Positions 11,701 through 26,271 of a stretch of 64,000 bases of DNA are shown here, piece by piece (position 1 is the stretch's first letter; every line of letters begins with the position of its first letter). The position numbers and the translations under genes are program-made. The stretch lies in the NCBI GenBank assembly GCA_040954595.2, contig CM082590.2, positions 10,566,088 to 10,630,087 of the forward strand, written 5' to 3'. The DNA is from Balanoglossus misakiensis (lineage: Eukaryota; Animalia; Hemichordata). Below the pieces are notes generated by a model that had not been told where the DNA came from, ran no database searches, and saw only the letters and a list, made by a program, of their open reading frames with translations.

Positions 11701-14700
11701 ATACCTCTCTGCAACACTTGTCCATGGGGCTGTCCAACAGGGTCTATGATTTAACTCAGTGTGTGAGGACACAAAGTGACTCAAAGAATTAAACTAATCT
11801 CTGTTTACCAGTAGTGTCTCTGAAACTTTTCTAATTTGACCCAGTGTGAACCTGCTATATGTCACTGAATTTTTGTATGAATTTCTGCAGTGGAGACGTG
11901 AAGTACAGCAAGAAACTGCTCATCAAATATCGCAAAGCTTTAGACACGGCTGTAAAGATTGCCACTTGTTACAACGTGAAACCAATTCCTGGAACCACTG
12001 TACTTTTCTGTAATGTTGGCAGCAACATGAACCGACCATGCACGTCTGCAAAAGCATTTGGAAAACCTAAGACAGTAAGTTTTGGAAATATTTCCCTGAA
12101 TATTGGACTGATTCCATAATGGTTTAGACAGTTTCCTATTATGGTCACTGGACCTATACTTTAATTCCAATCAACTCCCTGGGAAGCAAATAACAGCTCA
12201 CATGTGCAGCCATAAGTGCAGCAGAGCTAAACACACACATTGCAATCTCTGTCCTACCATGTACTCATTTCTCCTGGATGGGGAGAAGCAATGAGAAGTA
12301 AAGTGCTTTGCTCAAAGGACACAACACCACAGCCAAGCCGCGGCTCAAACCAATGATTCTCGGATCATGAGTACGCGCGTGCTCTGGCCACTGGACTATG
12401 ATGTCTCCTCATTTAACGTTTATTTGTCTTCAATAGGTGTTGGAAGTTGGCACATTACTAGGTTTGATGTGTAAATATTCTTGCGAGGAGTGTGAAATGA
12501 TCGCATGTGGCCCTGGTGATAACCGAAAGTCAGTGGAACTGGAGAGAGGAACAATTCTGGATAATATGCAGAAGGTCTTGGAATATGCCAAAGTAAGAAC
12601 ATTGTTGTTCTTGTAAAGATGTATTAGCTTGGGAGTTGTTGGTGTGATTTTAAAGATGTAATGTTGTTCCCCATTCCAGCATTTTGATTTTGGTGTTTGA
12701 AGTTCCCACATGACTAATTTTTGTCCTTTGGTTTTCACAGGAATTTGAAATGATGACCAACAGGGGTTCTCTGCCTCTTGACATTTTGAGAGATTTATTA
12801 CGAGACAGAGTTCAGGTATGTAGATCTCTCTTGATTGGGGATTTGAAGTCACTTTTATGTAAAAATGACATTAGCTGTATCTTTTGGCTTTATTTCCAGT
12901 ATTTTTGTTCAGTGTACCAAATGTAATTTCTTATTCTACTCCAAACAGCATGCTAATATACCCAGTACTCTACACAAAACAGAAAAACTGAAAACAGCGA
13001 AAAGTTACAGCTAATGGAGCTTTTCATAAACACTCTTCACTTGCGATTTATTCCGCAGATTGATAACTTGATCATTTTATCGGACGGAATGAAAATGGAC
13101 GGCAATGAAGAAGGTTTGGCCGTCTTAGACTTCTTGAAGAAATACCGACATCTCGTCAATCCAAACTTACTCTTTGTAAATGTTGATCTCAGCGGTGCCA
13201 AAGCAGGGTGAGTAGAACCATTCTGTTATCCAATCAGTGAACTTGTCAGCTTCATTGACATCACCAGGTGTACAGGATGTGTGGTTGGCCTTTAGAAGAG
13301 CCTGTTAAAAGAAAAAAACAAAATATCTGTGTTTTACTACACCTCTCTAATCAGGACACCTCTCTATTAAGGACAGATTTTGTAAGACAAAAGTTACGAT
13401 TTGAATAGAATATTACCTGTCTATTAAGGACAGATTTTTTGGTCCCAGACGTGTCCTTAATAGACAGGTTTCACTGTACATGTATCTTCATGATCAACCA
13501 TGCAATGTTATTTTTTTCCCACCCAGGTTCAGCAAAACACAAGACAGCACTCATCCGAATGATGTCTACATTGCTGGTTACAGCGATCAGATTCTTAGTT
13601 TCATCGCTGGCCGAGGAGACGCGGGACAACTTGCACATGTGGAGAAGATTGACGAGGCTTTCCAACTCAGACCCATGCAGGTAGGTGGAAACCTTTAGCG
13701 TATTTAACCCTTTCACCACTATGGTTTGGTCCAAATTCATTGTTAACTATATGGTAAAGTTGGACCACTAAAGAGGGAACTGGGGGTAAAAGGGTTAATA
13801 TAAGTAAACCCCTTCCTTGCTAAATCGGTTGAAATTGCATATTATAACACTTAGATTCATTAACCTACCAACTGTGAGCAATTCAGCAAGCAAGATCTTT
13901 AAAGTGTGAAGGAACAATGCAACGTAATTTGGAGATAAAAATAAACAAAGTAAATTCATAATGAAAATTGGTGAAATGTCAGAGATTACATCCTTATATT
14001 TTTATGACAGACTGCAGCTGTTGGTAAAGGTGTCCCTCCATTAGCTCCACCCTCTGACAACAATGTGTTGCCTGAGAAACCGTTGCCAGTGACAACAGCC
14101 ACTCCAAGGTAAGATCTTCAGAAAGATTATATGAATGGTGGGGATTTGAGGCTGACGAGGCACCATACCTGATACATGTTACGTGTCTGGCAGTTCTAAA
14201 GTAAAAACATACTCAGAAAAACTTTTACTGGATGCCTGAAATGTTGCTTGCCCGTCATCTGGAAATGACAACGTCGTGGGTCACATGGCTAGATCACGTG
14301 ATTGATACTAAAGAATTTGTTTCTCCACAGATGGAGAACTGCTAAGGTGTTTATCTCCTCAACATTCCGTGACATGCACAGCGAGCGAGACCTCCTGACC
14401 AGGTTTGTTTTCCCGGAATTGCGAGCCAGAGCTAAGAAACATTTCATCAATGTTTACGAGGTGGATCTGAGATGGGGTGTCACTGAAGAAGAGGCAAGAA
14501 GTAATAAGTAAGGATACATCTTATTCCAGTTGGATCTGTCAACTATTATCTTCTTCACCACAGAAAGGATATTTTTGTCCCCATTGTCCCCAGGAAACAG
14601 AAAACTGTAAAGTGTAGAAATGTTTCTGTTGAACTGTATCCCCAAACTGCATTTTATTCCATAGGTCGATTGAAATCTGTTTGGGTGAAGTTGCCAGATG

Positions 14701-17700
14701 CGATTTCTTCATCGGCATCCTTGGCGAGAGGTATGGATGGATTCCGGACCGATATGCGGGGCCGGACACGGACGAGTTTGATTGGTTGGAGGATTATCCA
14801 GGTGGTCGTTCTATAACCGAACTGGAAATACAGCACGCTGCTCTCTGTGATCCTGGGAATGCAGTGGATAACGCATTCATTTATCTCAGAGACAATCAGT
14901 TCATACGGTAAGGAGCGTATATTCTACACTCATTTTCAGTGAACTGGTGTGAAAAAAACAGCAGTTACCATGATTAGGGACCAGACAGTTATGTCCGTCT
15001 TTGTTATGTTAGACTTTATCCTTAGAAAATTTACTAACTAAGACTGGAAAGTATTGGCAACATACTGCCCTGCATACTGCCCCCAAAAAACTTTGATGAA
15101 CCATCTGTGAATGCTAACGCAACATACTGTACTACCTGGGACGAATATACTAGTTCCAGGTAATAAAATGCAACAAAATGCGAAGGTGCTGAAAAAAGAG
15201 TTATGTCGCGATGACTGATAATTTGATGTGTTTCTTGATTTTACAGGTCAGTGCCTTCCAAGTACAGAGCTGATCTGGAGGCAGAATCAAATTCCAGCAG
15301 AGAGAAGATTAACAGCTTAAAGGAGAGATTGAGAAAAAGTGGATTGGAGGTCTTTGACAGGTGCGATGATTGTTGGGGTTCCCTGAACAGTGGGAACAAT
15401 TCTGATGATCTGTTTATAATCAAATTAAAAAGTCACACATGTGCAGTTCTGACAACCCACCCTCTTGAAAATCACCGACAATTGTTTTTATTTTATTTTT
15501 ATTTGTGCATTCCGACAGTTATCCATGTGAGTATACTGGAAAAGCAGTGGATGGCATTCCTGTACTCGGCGGTTTGGAACAGTTTGGTGCCAGAGTCCTC
15601 AATAATCTGTGGAATGCAATTCTGAAGAAATTCCCTGATCAGGTAAATCATATTGTTTATATTTTCTTTGCATTTAGGGATGCAAAAATTAGCTCTCTAT
15701 GGCTTATTATATTTGTCAGTGCTTTGTGTGTCAATACGGAGCAACTCAAGGGATTAATCCTATATGTTTTCAAATGGCAAACAGTGTCTCTAAAACGTTT
15801 CTTGTTTTACCCAGGATGAACATGGTACATGTAAATGTCTAAACAGACTTCAGAGTGTTAATGTATTAGAGTATTAGACTGTTTATTTTGTCATTGCAGG
15901 ATGTTGTAGAGGATGAGATCTCTCATGATGCCTTGCTGCATGAAGCTTGCATCGAGAATCATTTACAGACATTTGTGGGTCGCAAAGCCGCTCTGAAACA
16001 ATGTTTAGAGGCAATTGAGAACTGCAAACACGGAATGGTGGTCATCCATGGAAAAGCAGGCTCTGGAAAATCGGCTCTCATGGTAAGTAGGGAAATGTTT
16101 CCATGTCTATTCATTGCTCTCAGGTCACAAGTTCTGCTTGATGTGTGCTTTGAAAAAAGTCAAACCTGTGTTAATGGCCACCTCTATATAGTGGCCACCT
16201 CCATGTAGGGGCTGTGTTTATATAGTGGTCACCTTTATGTAGTGACTTTATATAGTGATAATATGGACAATGTTTTTACGTCATTAAATATGAATTCTTT
16301 CAGGCGGCGTTGACAAGGAAATGTACAGAAAAGCTCTCAGATACCAATCATGTGATAGCGCATTTCATAGGCGCTGTGCCAGGTTCCACCAACATTGTGT
16401 CAATGTTGAAGAGAATCTGTTACGAACTCCAGAGAAGATTCAATCTGTCTGTGGAGATACCGGCTGATTTCAAGTAAGACATTAAAATTGGATTTACATG
16501 GAAAATTTTTCAAGTGTCATTACTATAAAATTTTATGTTTACATATGTATTTCTAAGGCAGTTGTTTTCTCAAGAGCTCTGACAAACGAAACGACTCAAC
16601 TGTTCTTGTTACAGAATAATTTCTGTTGAAACAGACCAAGGTTTTTGCAGTGATGATCTGTGACACACAAAATGAAAGTTCTTGTTACAGAACAATTGTT
16701 TCTACCTGGAAAGGACCGAGATTGACTACATGTCTTAATATTCTAACTCCGCTATTTTTCATTTCATTCACCAGGAATCTGACAACACAATTCTCAGACA
16801 TCCTAAAAGAAGCAGCAATGTATTCTGGGAGTTTACCCATAGTGCTTTGCATCGACGGCTTGGATCTGCTGGAAGATGTCCACCAAGCCAAGAACATGGA
16901 CTGGTTGCCAACATTACTACCAGAGGTGAGAAAGTATCCACAAAACATGGCTTGACCAATCATCGGCATTTGCATCCAACAGCCAACCAATAAGATTGCA
17001 GCATACAAATGCTATAAATACGAACACATTTGCCCGGCCAATTATCAACGTTTGAGTCCAGAGGCCAACCAATCAGATTACAGCATACAAGTAATATAGA
17101 TACTAAATTGTATTAAATTAAGTTTCTTTCTTTAAAGTGCTTTCATGAAGTTCAATTCTATTAGTCAAATGTTCTCATCTAAGTTTCTGTTAACATTTCT
17201 GTCACTCTTAATGACTTGTAGCCTATTTGCAAAACACAACCTTCAGACAAACTTGAAATAACAGTCATCTGCCGACTTTACAGGGAGTCAAGCTTGTGAT
17301 GAGCTGCGTGGATGATGGAGATTGTCATAAAGCGCTTTTGAGACGGAATGTTACTGGTGTTTCCGTGGGTGCTTTGGATATGTGGGATAAAGCTGACATG
17401 GTCCGGAAGGCCCTGGCTGCTCACCGGAAAACTCTGGATGAATCGCCGTTTAACAACCAGGTAGGGTGAGAAAATTCCGCCAAAATAAAATGTGGAACTA
17501 TTTTGGAAGAATGTTATGACAGCACCTGATGGCAACATTGTGAAAGCATAACATACTGGTGGTGTGCTGTTGTTCCCTGTCTGTTCCCAACCACACACAT
17601 ACAGTTGAACCTGTCTATAGTGGCCAGTCAAGGGACTTTCCTAAACTGGCCTTTAAAGACAGGTGGCCTTTATATAGGTTAATTAACGCACATCTGAATT

Positions 17701-20700
17701 GCACAAGGACTGTAACAAAGTGGCCTCTATATAGATGTGACCACTATATAGAGGCGGCCACTAACAGAGGTTTGACTATATTAACTTTTACACTTCATAT
17801 GTTATGCTGTCCAACTGTCAAAGAGTACAGACTTTAAAAAATTATTTTTATGTTCGTTTACAGTTGAAACTACTGCTGTCCAAGAGAGAGGCTGGAATTC
17901 CACTTTACCTGAGCTTGGCCTGTGAAGAACTCCGGGTTTTTGGTGTCTTCGAGAAGGTACTTGCCAAGTCACAAATTCCAATCAGCTATTCTTCTTTCTT
18001 TACGTTGAGGTTGTGGACAATCTGGGAGATTCGATCCTAAAAACAAGCAGAAGAATGTGGTGTTTTTTTAAGTCCTGTCATGGAAATCTCTGTGCCTTCA
18101 AAGGGATTTGGTCACCTCAAATGGCTTTAAAGGCCAATGATTGTCTTATGTGCATGTGTGTAATTTTGTGTGTGTACAAACATTATTTTTGTAACCAGAG
18201 TCTCTGGTTTGGCACATGCGCATAAGACGATTGTTGCCCCTTAACTATTGACTGAGTATGCTCAACTGGATAACGTCTGTCACCCACTAGGTTTCTCAGA
18301 GAATCAAAATGATGGCGCAGACAGTGACGACGTTATTACAGGAAGTTATGTCAAGACTTGAAGATGATCACGGAAAGAGATTGGTTGCCACGTCACTGTC
18401 TCTGTTGGTCTGTGTTAGAGACGGTAAGTGAACATGCAAAGATCCATAGTACAGTCATTCAAAGAATTTAAATCATAGAAGTTTATGTAGGAATTGTATT
18501 GTAGCCTGCCGTGTCATTGAGTATGGCCGGCCGAGCTAGTTTTTTGAAATATTTTTGAAATTGCTGAAATGCTAATTTACAAAAATTTTCCCAGCAGGTT
18601 TATTGGAAGACGAGCTGCATGCATTATTGAGTCTTTCTGAAATGATGGCAGACAGCAAATGCCAGTACGAAGATATTATCAATATACAGTTGTCGGCTGA
18701 TCAATACCTGCCACGTGCAAACTTTGCCAGATTGATACGTGGTCTTCAGACTTTCTTAAGACCACTTGGAGAACACAAGTAAGATTTATTTCATTTATTC
18801 ATATGGACACTATTCAAAGTGGACATCAAAGAAATACTTTTTTTTTTAAAGGTCAAAAATCATCTTATACGCATCTGCGTAATTTTGTGTGTTATCACCA
18901 GATTTGCAATTGGATGAATTGTTTGACTGTTAAATCTCGTTCTCCTCAACAGCACTGGTAGATTGAGTTTAGCACACAGTGAAATCGAGAAATCCATCAG
19001 ACAGCGTTACATGAAGATTGCAGGGGCCGACTATGAAGTTATGCTGCACACACTGATTGCAGGTAAACCTCATCACTTCCACGTCAAAGAAAAACTTTAC
19101 AATCCCAGTGATTCTTTTCAAATGTTACATTTTCTGATTTCAAGCAAATTTGAGCTTTCTCTCTGTCTCTCTCTATCATCTGTCTGTCTCTGTTTCTGTT
19201 TCTGTCTCTGTCTCACTGTCTCTCTCTCTCCCTCTCTCTCTCTCTCTTTCCCTCTTGCTCTCTTTTTCTCAGTTTATGTCTGACTGACTGACTGATTGAC
19301 TGTCTGTTTGTTTGACTGATTGGCTGGCTGGTGTTTTAAACTTGATCTTGCTTTTATTTGTCACAGGTTATTTCCACAGTGAGGCTGATCCCAGAAGAAA
19401 TGCATCATGGTCTGGCAAGAAACCACGCCCGTTCAGTGAGCTGCCCTACCACATAGCATGTGCTGGTGCTTACAGACAACTAGAGACAGTGCTGTGTAGT
19501 TTGACTTTCATCAAATCAAAATGCATGATGGGAATGGCGGGTCAGCTGATGGAGGATTTCATTGGACAAGGCAACAATGTATCAAAGATGGCGCAGAGAG
19601 AACAAGAGAAATTCCTTTCAAAAACTAACGTCAAGGTGTGTATCTTAATATATGACTGCAGATGATGCAATAAATGATTATCGGCCTTTGCGAAATCTTG
19701 TGCAAGTTGGTTAATAACCATAGCAACAGTTGTTTGCTAATGATACAAGTCAAACTATGTTTGAAACTAGCATCTAGTAGTTTCAGAGTTTAACAAAAAT
19801 TGTAACTTTTGTGCCACTGAACACAATGGGGCATGTGTTGTTATAATTTGCCGTTGGATTCAATTATTACTTCTCAAAGTTTGTTGAAGTGTATTTATCT
19901 CATAAAACGTATTTCTTCTTTTCTTTTAGGCTTTCAGATCATTTGTGTCGAGAAATTTACATATTCTGTCGCGCTACCCTGTTCTCACACTGCAACAAGC
20001 CATGAACGAACCCTCGGACACAATACCAGCCAAGATGGCCACTGATATGATTGACAGTTTGACAGGTGTCAATCAAAAGATGGTTGTGTGGTCCAATAAG
20101 CATGAGGAGGAGGATCCCTGTGCAATGACTCTTAGTGGCCAATCAGATGTAAGCATGCAAACTAGCTTATCATTTCAAAAAAATCGTCAGCATCTGATAC
20201 AATCTAACAGAACAATATGACGAATCCTACTCTACACCAATTTTACAATTGGAACATGCATGACAATAAAACTTTTCCTGTCAGCTTATTTACGTCAAAA
20301 CTTACAAAGTAATTGTTTTTGTGCTGTTTAATCAGGGGAGCCACTTATGAAGTATTTACAGTACACACACACCAGAGCAAATAGTGGTTTCAAACTGTGA
20401 TGTAGAACATCAAAAGCTTCGTGTATCATAAACCCTTTCACCCCCAGTTCCCTCGTTAGAGGTCCAACTTTACCATTGAAAACACTAGATTTGGAATGAA
20501 CCATGGTGGTGAAAGGGGTTGATTAAACATGTCACTGAATGCTTCCTTGTCTTTCTTGCAGACTGTGACGTGTGTAGCAGTGGCAGCCGATAACAGTGTC
20601 TTTGCGATCGGAACACAAGATTGTACTCTTAAGTTATTTGATCTAATCACTGGAAAGGTAAGATACTTGGAGAAATTAAAAGCATACAGTCACCTCTAAT

Positions 20701-23700
20701 TTAAATACATGTATGCCAATACATGTATGATTGTTTTCTAATGTTACGTATAGTAGCCATTAAAAGAGACATCTTTTGTAACAAACTAGCACACTCTCCT
20801 TTTTTTCCACAGGAAGTGATGTCATTCACGGGCCACTCAGGCTCAATTTCAGATTGCTGTTTCACGGGGAAAAATAATCTGTGCAGTGCATCATGGGATG
20901 GTACTCTGAGTTTATGGAGTGTCAAAGATGGCCACAGGTACGCACATACAATTTCCAATACGCCCTCTGCGAAACTCACAGACACGTATGTTCACCGTAT
21001 ACCAGGAATGCGGTGTTTGAAAATGATGTTCCTAAATAACAACTCTCTGTTTATTACAAGACCCATCACCAGAATATAATGTAGTACACTTCGCACTCAC
21101 AGTCTTTATAAACTGAACAGTGTGCACAATCATTTTTGGTTTTTGCCACAGTGGATGTGCTATAATGATACACACAGCTGCTGCCTGTAATCTTTCTGAG
21201 AATTCTCAGTGGATTTTTTCAAAAGGTCCTTAACCATTAATCCTACGTGAGCTGCTACTCGATAAATTTTGCTAAGCCTTAAAAAAATCTCACATATGCT
21301 TTCAATTTTGTCTATTAAACGACCTTGCCTGATACTATATCAAGATAACGCTTATTTGTGACAAAATGGGCAATAATTTAAGAAATACCAGTATAGTCGA
21401 AAAACCCTAGTTTACAAAAATGTTTATTGTTACGGTCCCTATGCTAATGACATTAACTGACCTGTCTATAAAGGCTTTTTACATATAAATTTCACTGTAG
21501 GAAAGTTCTTTGGCTGGCCACAGGTTTGACTGTTCTCATATTTATATGTTAATTAAAGGAACAGTATTATAGACACCGATGTCTGACATCGTAATGCACG
21601 GCCGCTCTCGCGATTTTGTGTTTTATTCGTGTTTTATTTTCACTCCCAAAAGTCACAATAAAGTCACATCATTTTGGTTTTGAGGCACTTATTTCTCCAT
21701 CTTTATTTTTCCCCCATTTCACAGAATTGCTGTTATGAAAGGCCATACACGCAGAGTCAATTCCTGTTCTGCTAACCTCCAAGGAACAAGCATCGTGTCC
21801 GCATCCTGGGATTGTACAGTCCGTGTATGGAACGCCGCAGATGGCAGACAGATTACGGATATCAGTGGGGACAAACGGCCAGTGAACTGCGTGTCTTTCC
21901 ATCCGGATGGACAGAAGATCGTGACGGGGAGCTGGGACACCACCATGAAGATTTGGGACACTTATAATAAAAAGAGACTTGCAGTAAGTTTCTTTTTTTA
22001 AATTCTTTCACTGTAATGACAGTGATGGAGATAATACTAGTCGGCCACCAGTCAAAAGCATGTGAACCGGTTATCATACTTCTATATCAATCAATCAACA
22101 ATAAGTTTATAGCACCAAAATTCAAAACAACAAATTTTGCTTAATGACACTCATGGTTAAGCCACACTGTAAGCCACACTGTAAGTGTATGCTCTTTTGA
22201 ACATGCGAGTTTTAAGTTTTCTTTGAAAGTCTCCAGGTTTGTAGATTCCCTGATGTCAAGAGGCAGTGCGTTCCACAGTTTAGGGGCTGCATAAGAGAAA
22301 GCACGGCCATAGGTCTTGTTTTTGTTTCTTGGTGTACAAGCTGGAATGTAGATCACAGTAAACTCTAAAGATTAATGGACAGTGACGTCAAACTTACGTC
22401 AGACTGGATCAGACCAGCTGTTAGTTCTCTTGCACATCTGTTACAAATCATATCTAGATATCTAGGTGTTTATCCACTCACTGCCTTATCTTTGGGACTT
22501 AGTTATTTACTGAAGCAACAGGTTGCTAGCCAAGTAATACATGTCAATGAAACTTAATAAGTTCCTGAGTTTAGCAAAAATTTGTTTGGTGTTTAACATG
22601 ATTGGCCATGTGTTGTTTGTTCCGTGTCACACGAGATCTCGCAGACTCTCGTAACCGTCTGAAATGTGTCCATTGTTTCATAGGTGCTAAGAGGTCATAA
22701 GACAGCAGTCAGAGACTGTACATTTTCACCCAGCGGAAGACATATCGCGTCCGCCGCTTTGGATGGAGACGTCAAGCTGTGGTCAGCGCAGACAGGATCT
22801 CAGGTAAAAAAAAACACTGCTTTCCAAATTACTGACCAGTGTGAAAAGTTTTAGCAAGGTCAGTCGAAGATTTTTAATCAGAAAATTAAACTCTGCACTT
22901 GGTTACATGTTGAAGCAAGCGTGGAAGTCCTTTGCCCCAGAGTCTGGAGTGTAAATTTAGATCAGCACTGTGCAAAGTCCTTTTGCTCTGGTACCATGAA
23001 AAGGAGCCTAAAAATTTCACTTTCATATTAAGTCGAATGTATGATGAATTTCACTACAAGTACAATCAAACCTGTGTAAGAGGCCACTTTTATCCTCTGG
23101 TGTTTCTTTTAGGTTGGAAGCATCAGCGGACATTCTTTGCCGATAAACAAGTTGACATTCTCACCAAGTGGAGACCAACTGATTACCGTCAGTGATGATC
23201 ACAAAGTCAAGGTAAGGAAAATGACAGTCATCATCACATCCAATCATATCTTTTGACACAAAGCATGTGATCCACACCCGCCAATCATATCAGTTGGAAC
23301 TATATACTCATTGGTGCATCAAAAATACATACAGCCAAAAAATTATGGCACGATCTCTGGTTGTTGATTTTCTACAAACTTTAAATCACCCAGGTATGGT
23401 CAGGCCATCTGGGCCGTTCCATCCAGTGTCTTGGCAATAACAACTTCCCCAGTGCAAACTGCGTCGCTATCGACCCTAGCGGCACACATGTCGTCATTGG
23501 TTACCAGGATGAATGGACCAGAAAGTTCGACTTGGCAACCGGAGCAGAGCGATGGGCCGTCAAACATCACACCATGAGAGTCAGATGTGCCATCTGGTGT
23601 TCGACTGATAATACGGAAGAGTCCATGATTATAACTGGATCTGAGGACAGCTCAGTAAAGGTAAAGAGTCCCTGCCTTACAAAGAACATTTTATAAATAT

Positions 23701-26228
23701 CTATAGAATTCTAAAGCCTATTTTTGTCCATACTCTCGATTGGCTGAGACTGTACCACATGACATAGAAAAAAAACGTGATGCATGTTTGACAGAGTCTA
23801 TGGCCCATAGTTAGGGGATATGGCCCACTGGGAACAGATTTTAGGTTCTGCGCATCTCTTCTGCACATGAAAAATTGTTGTCTGGACGCATTCACAATCT
23901 CCGAAGAGCAACAAGCCAACAAGACCAAGCTTACAATTTACAAATGAACAGAGAGCGAAGTGATGTTGGTGATTGGAGAAAGGAATTTGAACACAGCTGA
24001 AACCAAAAGAGATTCCCAAACAAGTTTTTATAATTTACTTTTTCAGGTTCTATCAGCTGAGAATGGCGATCTTGTGTACACATTGGTCGGTTACAGAAAG
24101 CCAGTCATGAGTGTTAGTTACAATCACAACACAAGACTTATTGCTGCGACTTCGGAAGATACTCTGGTATATCTGTGGAGAATGCCAATGTCATTTGCTG
24201 CTGAAGATGATGTGAGGGAGACAGAGTAAGTATTCACAATTTGATCATGTGAGGGGCATGTGATGATCATGCAGTGTTCATGTGATAAACATTTGTATAT
24301 CATGTGAATGTTAGTCGTTTTAAGAGTGTCAGCACACAAGTTTGCATATATCTGAGGATTTAAGAGGGGTACCAAAATATCATAATTATGCCCTGAAGTT
24401 AAAGGAAATAACAGAATACGATTACAGTTGTGTTGGTACATGTATTTATTAGTAATTTTATGATTTATTGTGACAGATTGAAGCCAATTGTGTCTCTGGT
24501 AGGCAGTAACAGTGGATCTGTCAGTTGTTGTTCGTTTAACTCAGACGGGACGAAATTAGTGACGGCCACAAGGGATGCTGTGAGTACACGATCACTGTTA
24601 TTTAAGAGCAGTATACTTTTTCACACTGGCAGACTCAAAATAGTTACTGTAAAACACTTTATTTTCGCGAGCAATAAATTTTCGCGAAATACGCGAGAGC
24701 CAAAATAGCGTTAAAATAAAAAGTAGCGTAAATTGTTTTTGAAGATAACGATGCAGTGAATGAAATAAGAGAACGCGAAAAATAATACTCGCGAAACAGT
24801 GGCCTCTCTCGATATCGCGAAAATTCCAACTCGCGAAAATAAAGTATTTTACAGTATATGACACAAGCGCGCTGATTGGATGATACAGGTTCTTTCAAAT
24901 TGATTAAGAAGCATGATATGTTATCCAATGACGCGATGTGTAATCTATAGACAGAAACTGCGTTTTGCCAGGCAACAGTTACACAGTCAATTATTCAGTG
25001 TTTCTAATCAAATTTATCCCCCCCCCCACTTTGCTTTTATATGTTCTGCAGATGATGATGGTTTGGAGTGTATCATACAGTGATTTGCAAGGCAAGACTG
25101 AAATATCACCAGCCAGGACGTTCCACGCCTGCCACCAAGATTGGATCAATGACTGTGCCTGGTCTGATCTAGGAGATGCTGTGGTAAGTCAATGTGAATC
25201 AATGTGAATCAATGCCGTCCAATGGAGAAAAATTTATCTAGCAATTTTTGCAAAAACAAGATGCTGTTTTCTCTTTACTTTTCAAAAGAACCCTCACGCA
25301 CTAAACAATACCTTAAACTCCAAACTCTATGATACAAAGTAAGTTCTGGAAACACCATCAAACCATGTAACAAAGTAGAAGTTGAACAATGAATGAATAT
25401 CATGTTATGAAAATCATCATAATATTATGGCAATACTTGATGATTTATTTTTTTGACAGGTGACTGCATCAAACGATTTCACACTTAAAGTGTGGGACAT
25501 GGTTTCTGGTAAAGAGAAGGTGAAATTGGTTGGACATACAAGTGCTATTAATTCTGTGGCATTCAAGGTGAGGGAGATAGATAGATAGATAGATGGATGG
25601 ATGGATGGATGGATGGATGGATGGACGGACGGACGGACGGACAGACAGACAGACAGAAAGATAGATAGATAGATAGATAAGATAGATAGACTTCTAGACA
25701 GACAGACAGAGACAGACAGGCAGCCAGCCAAAACCCGATGAATAGGGCAAAGGGATTAGAGACAGCGGCATATGCTGTGTGTATGACCCCTTTATATAGT
25801 TAGTTTGTTACAGATGGTACAATGACAAAGAAAATATCACTGCAGTAAAACCTGTCTAACCAAATTTCTGAAGAGATGTAAAAATAAAATTCATTTTGAT
25901 TGGCAGCATGGTTGCATTGTTTCTGCTTGTTATGATGGTACGGTCAAAGTGTGGTCACACAAGGGAGCTGAGATCACCACTCTCTCTGGACACAGTGGCA
26001 GAGTCAATGGATGTGACATATTTGTAACAGCACAAAACAATGGTAAGTAGACAGAGTGAGGGGTCTTCACCCCTATGAAGATCTGACAATGGTTGAACCC
26101 TAAAGTTTGGATGGATACATTGGGATCATTGCATTTGGATGAAGGGGTGTGTGTGAAAGGATGTGCTGAAGTTGCATGCATCCTTTGTCAATTTGTGATG
26201 ATGATGATGATGATGGTGGTGGTGATGG

Positions 26229-26271
<43 letters not shown>
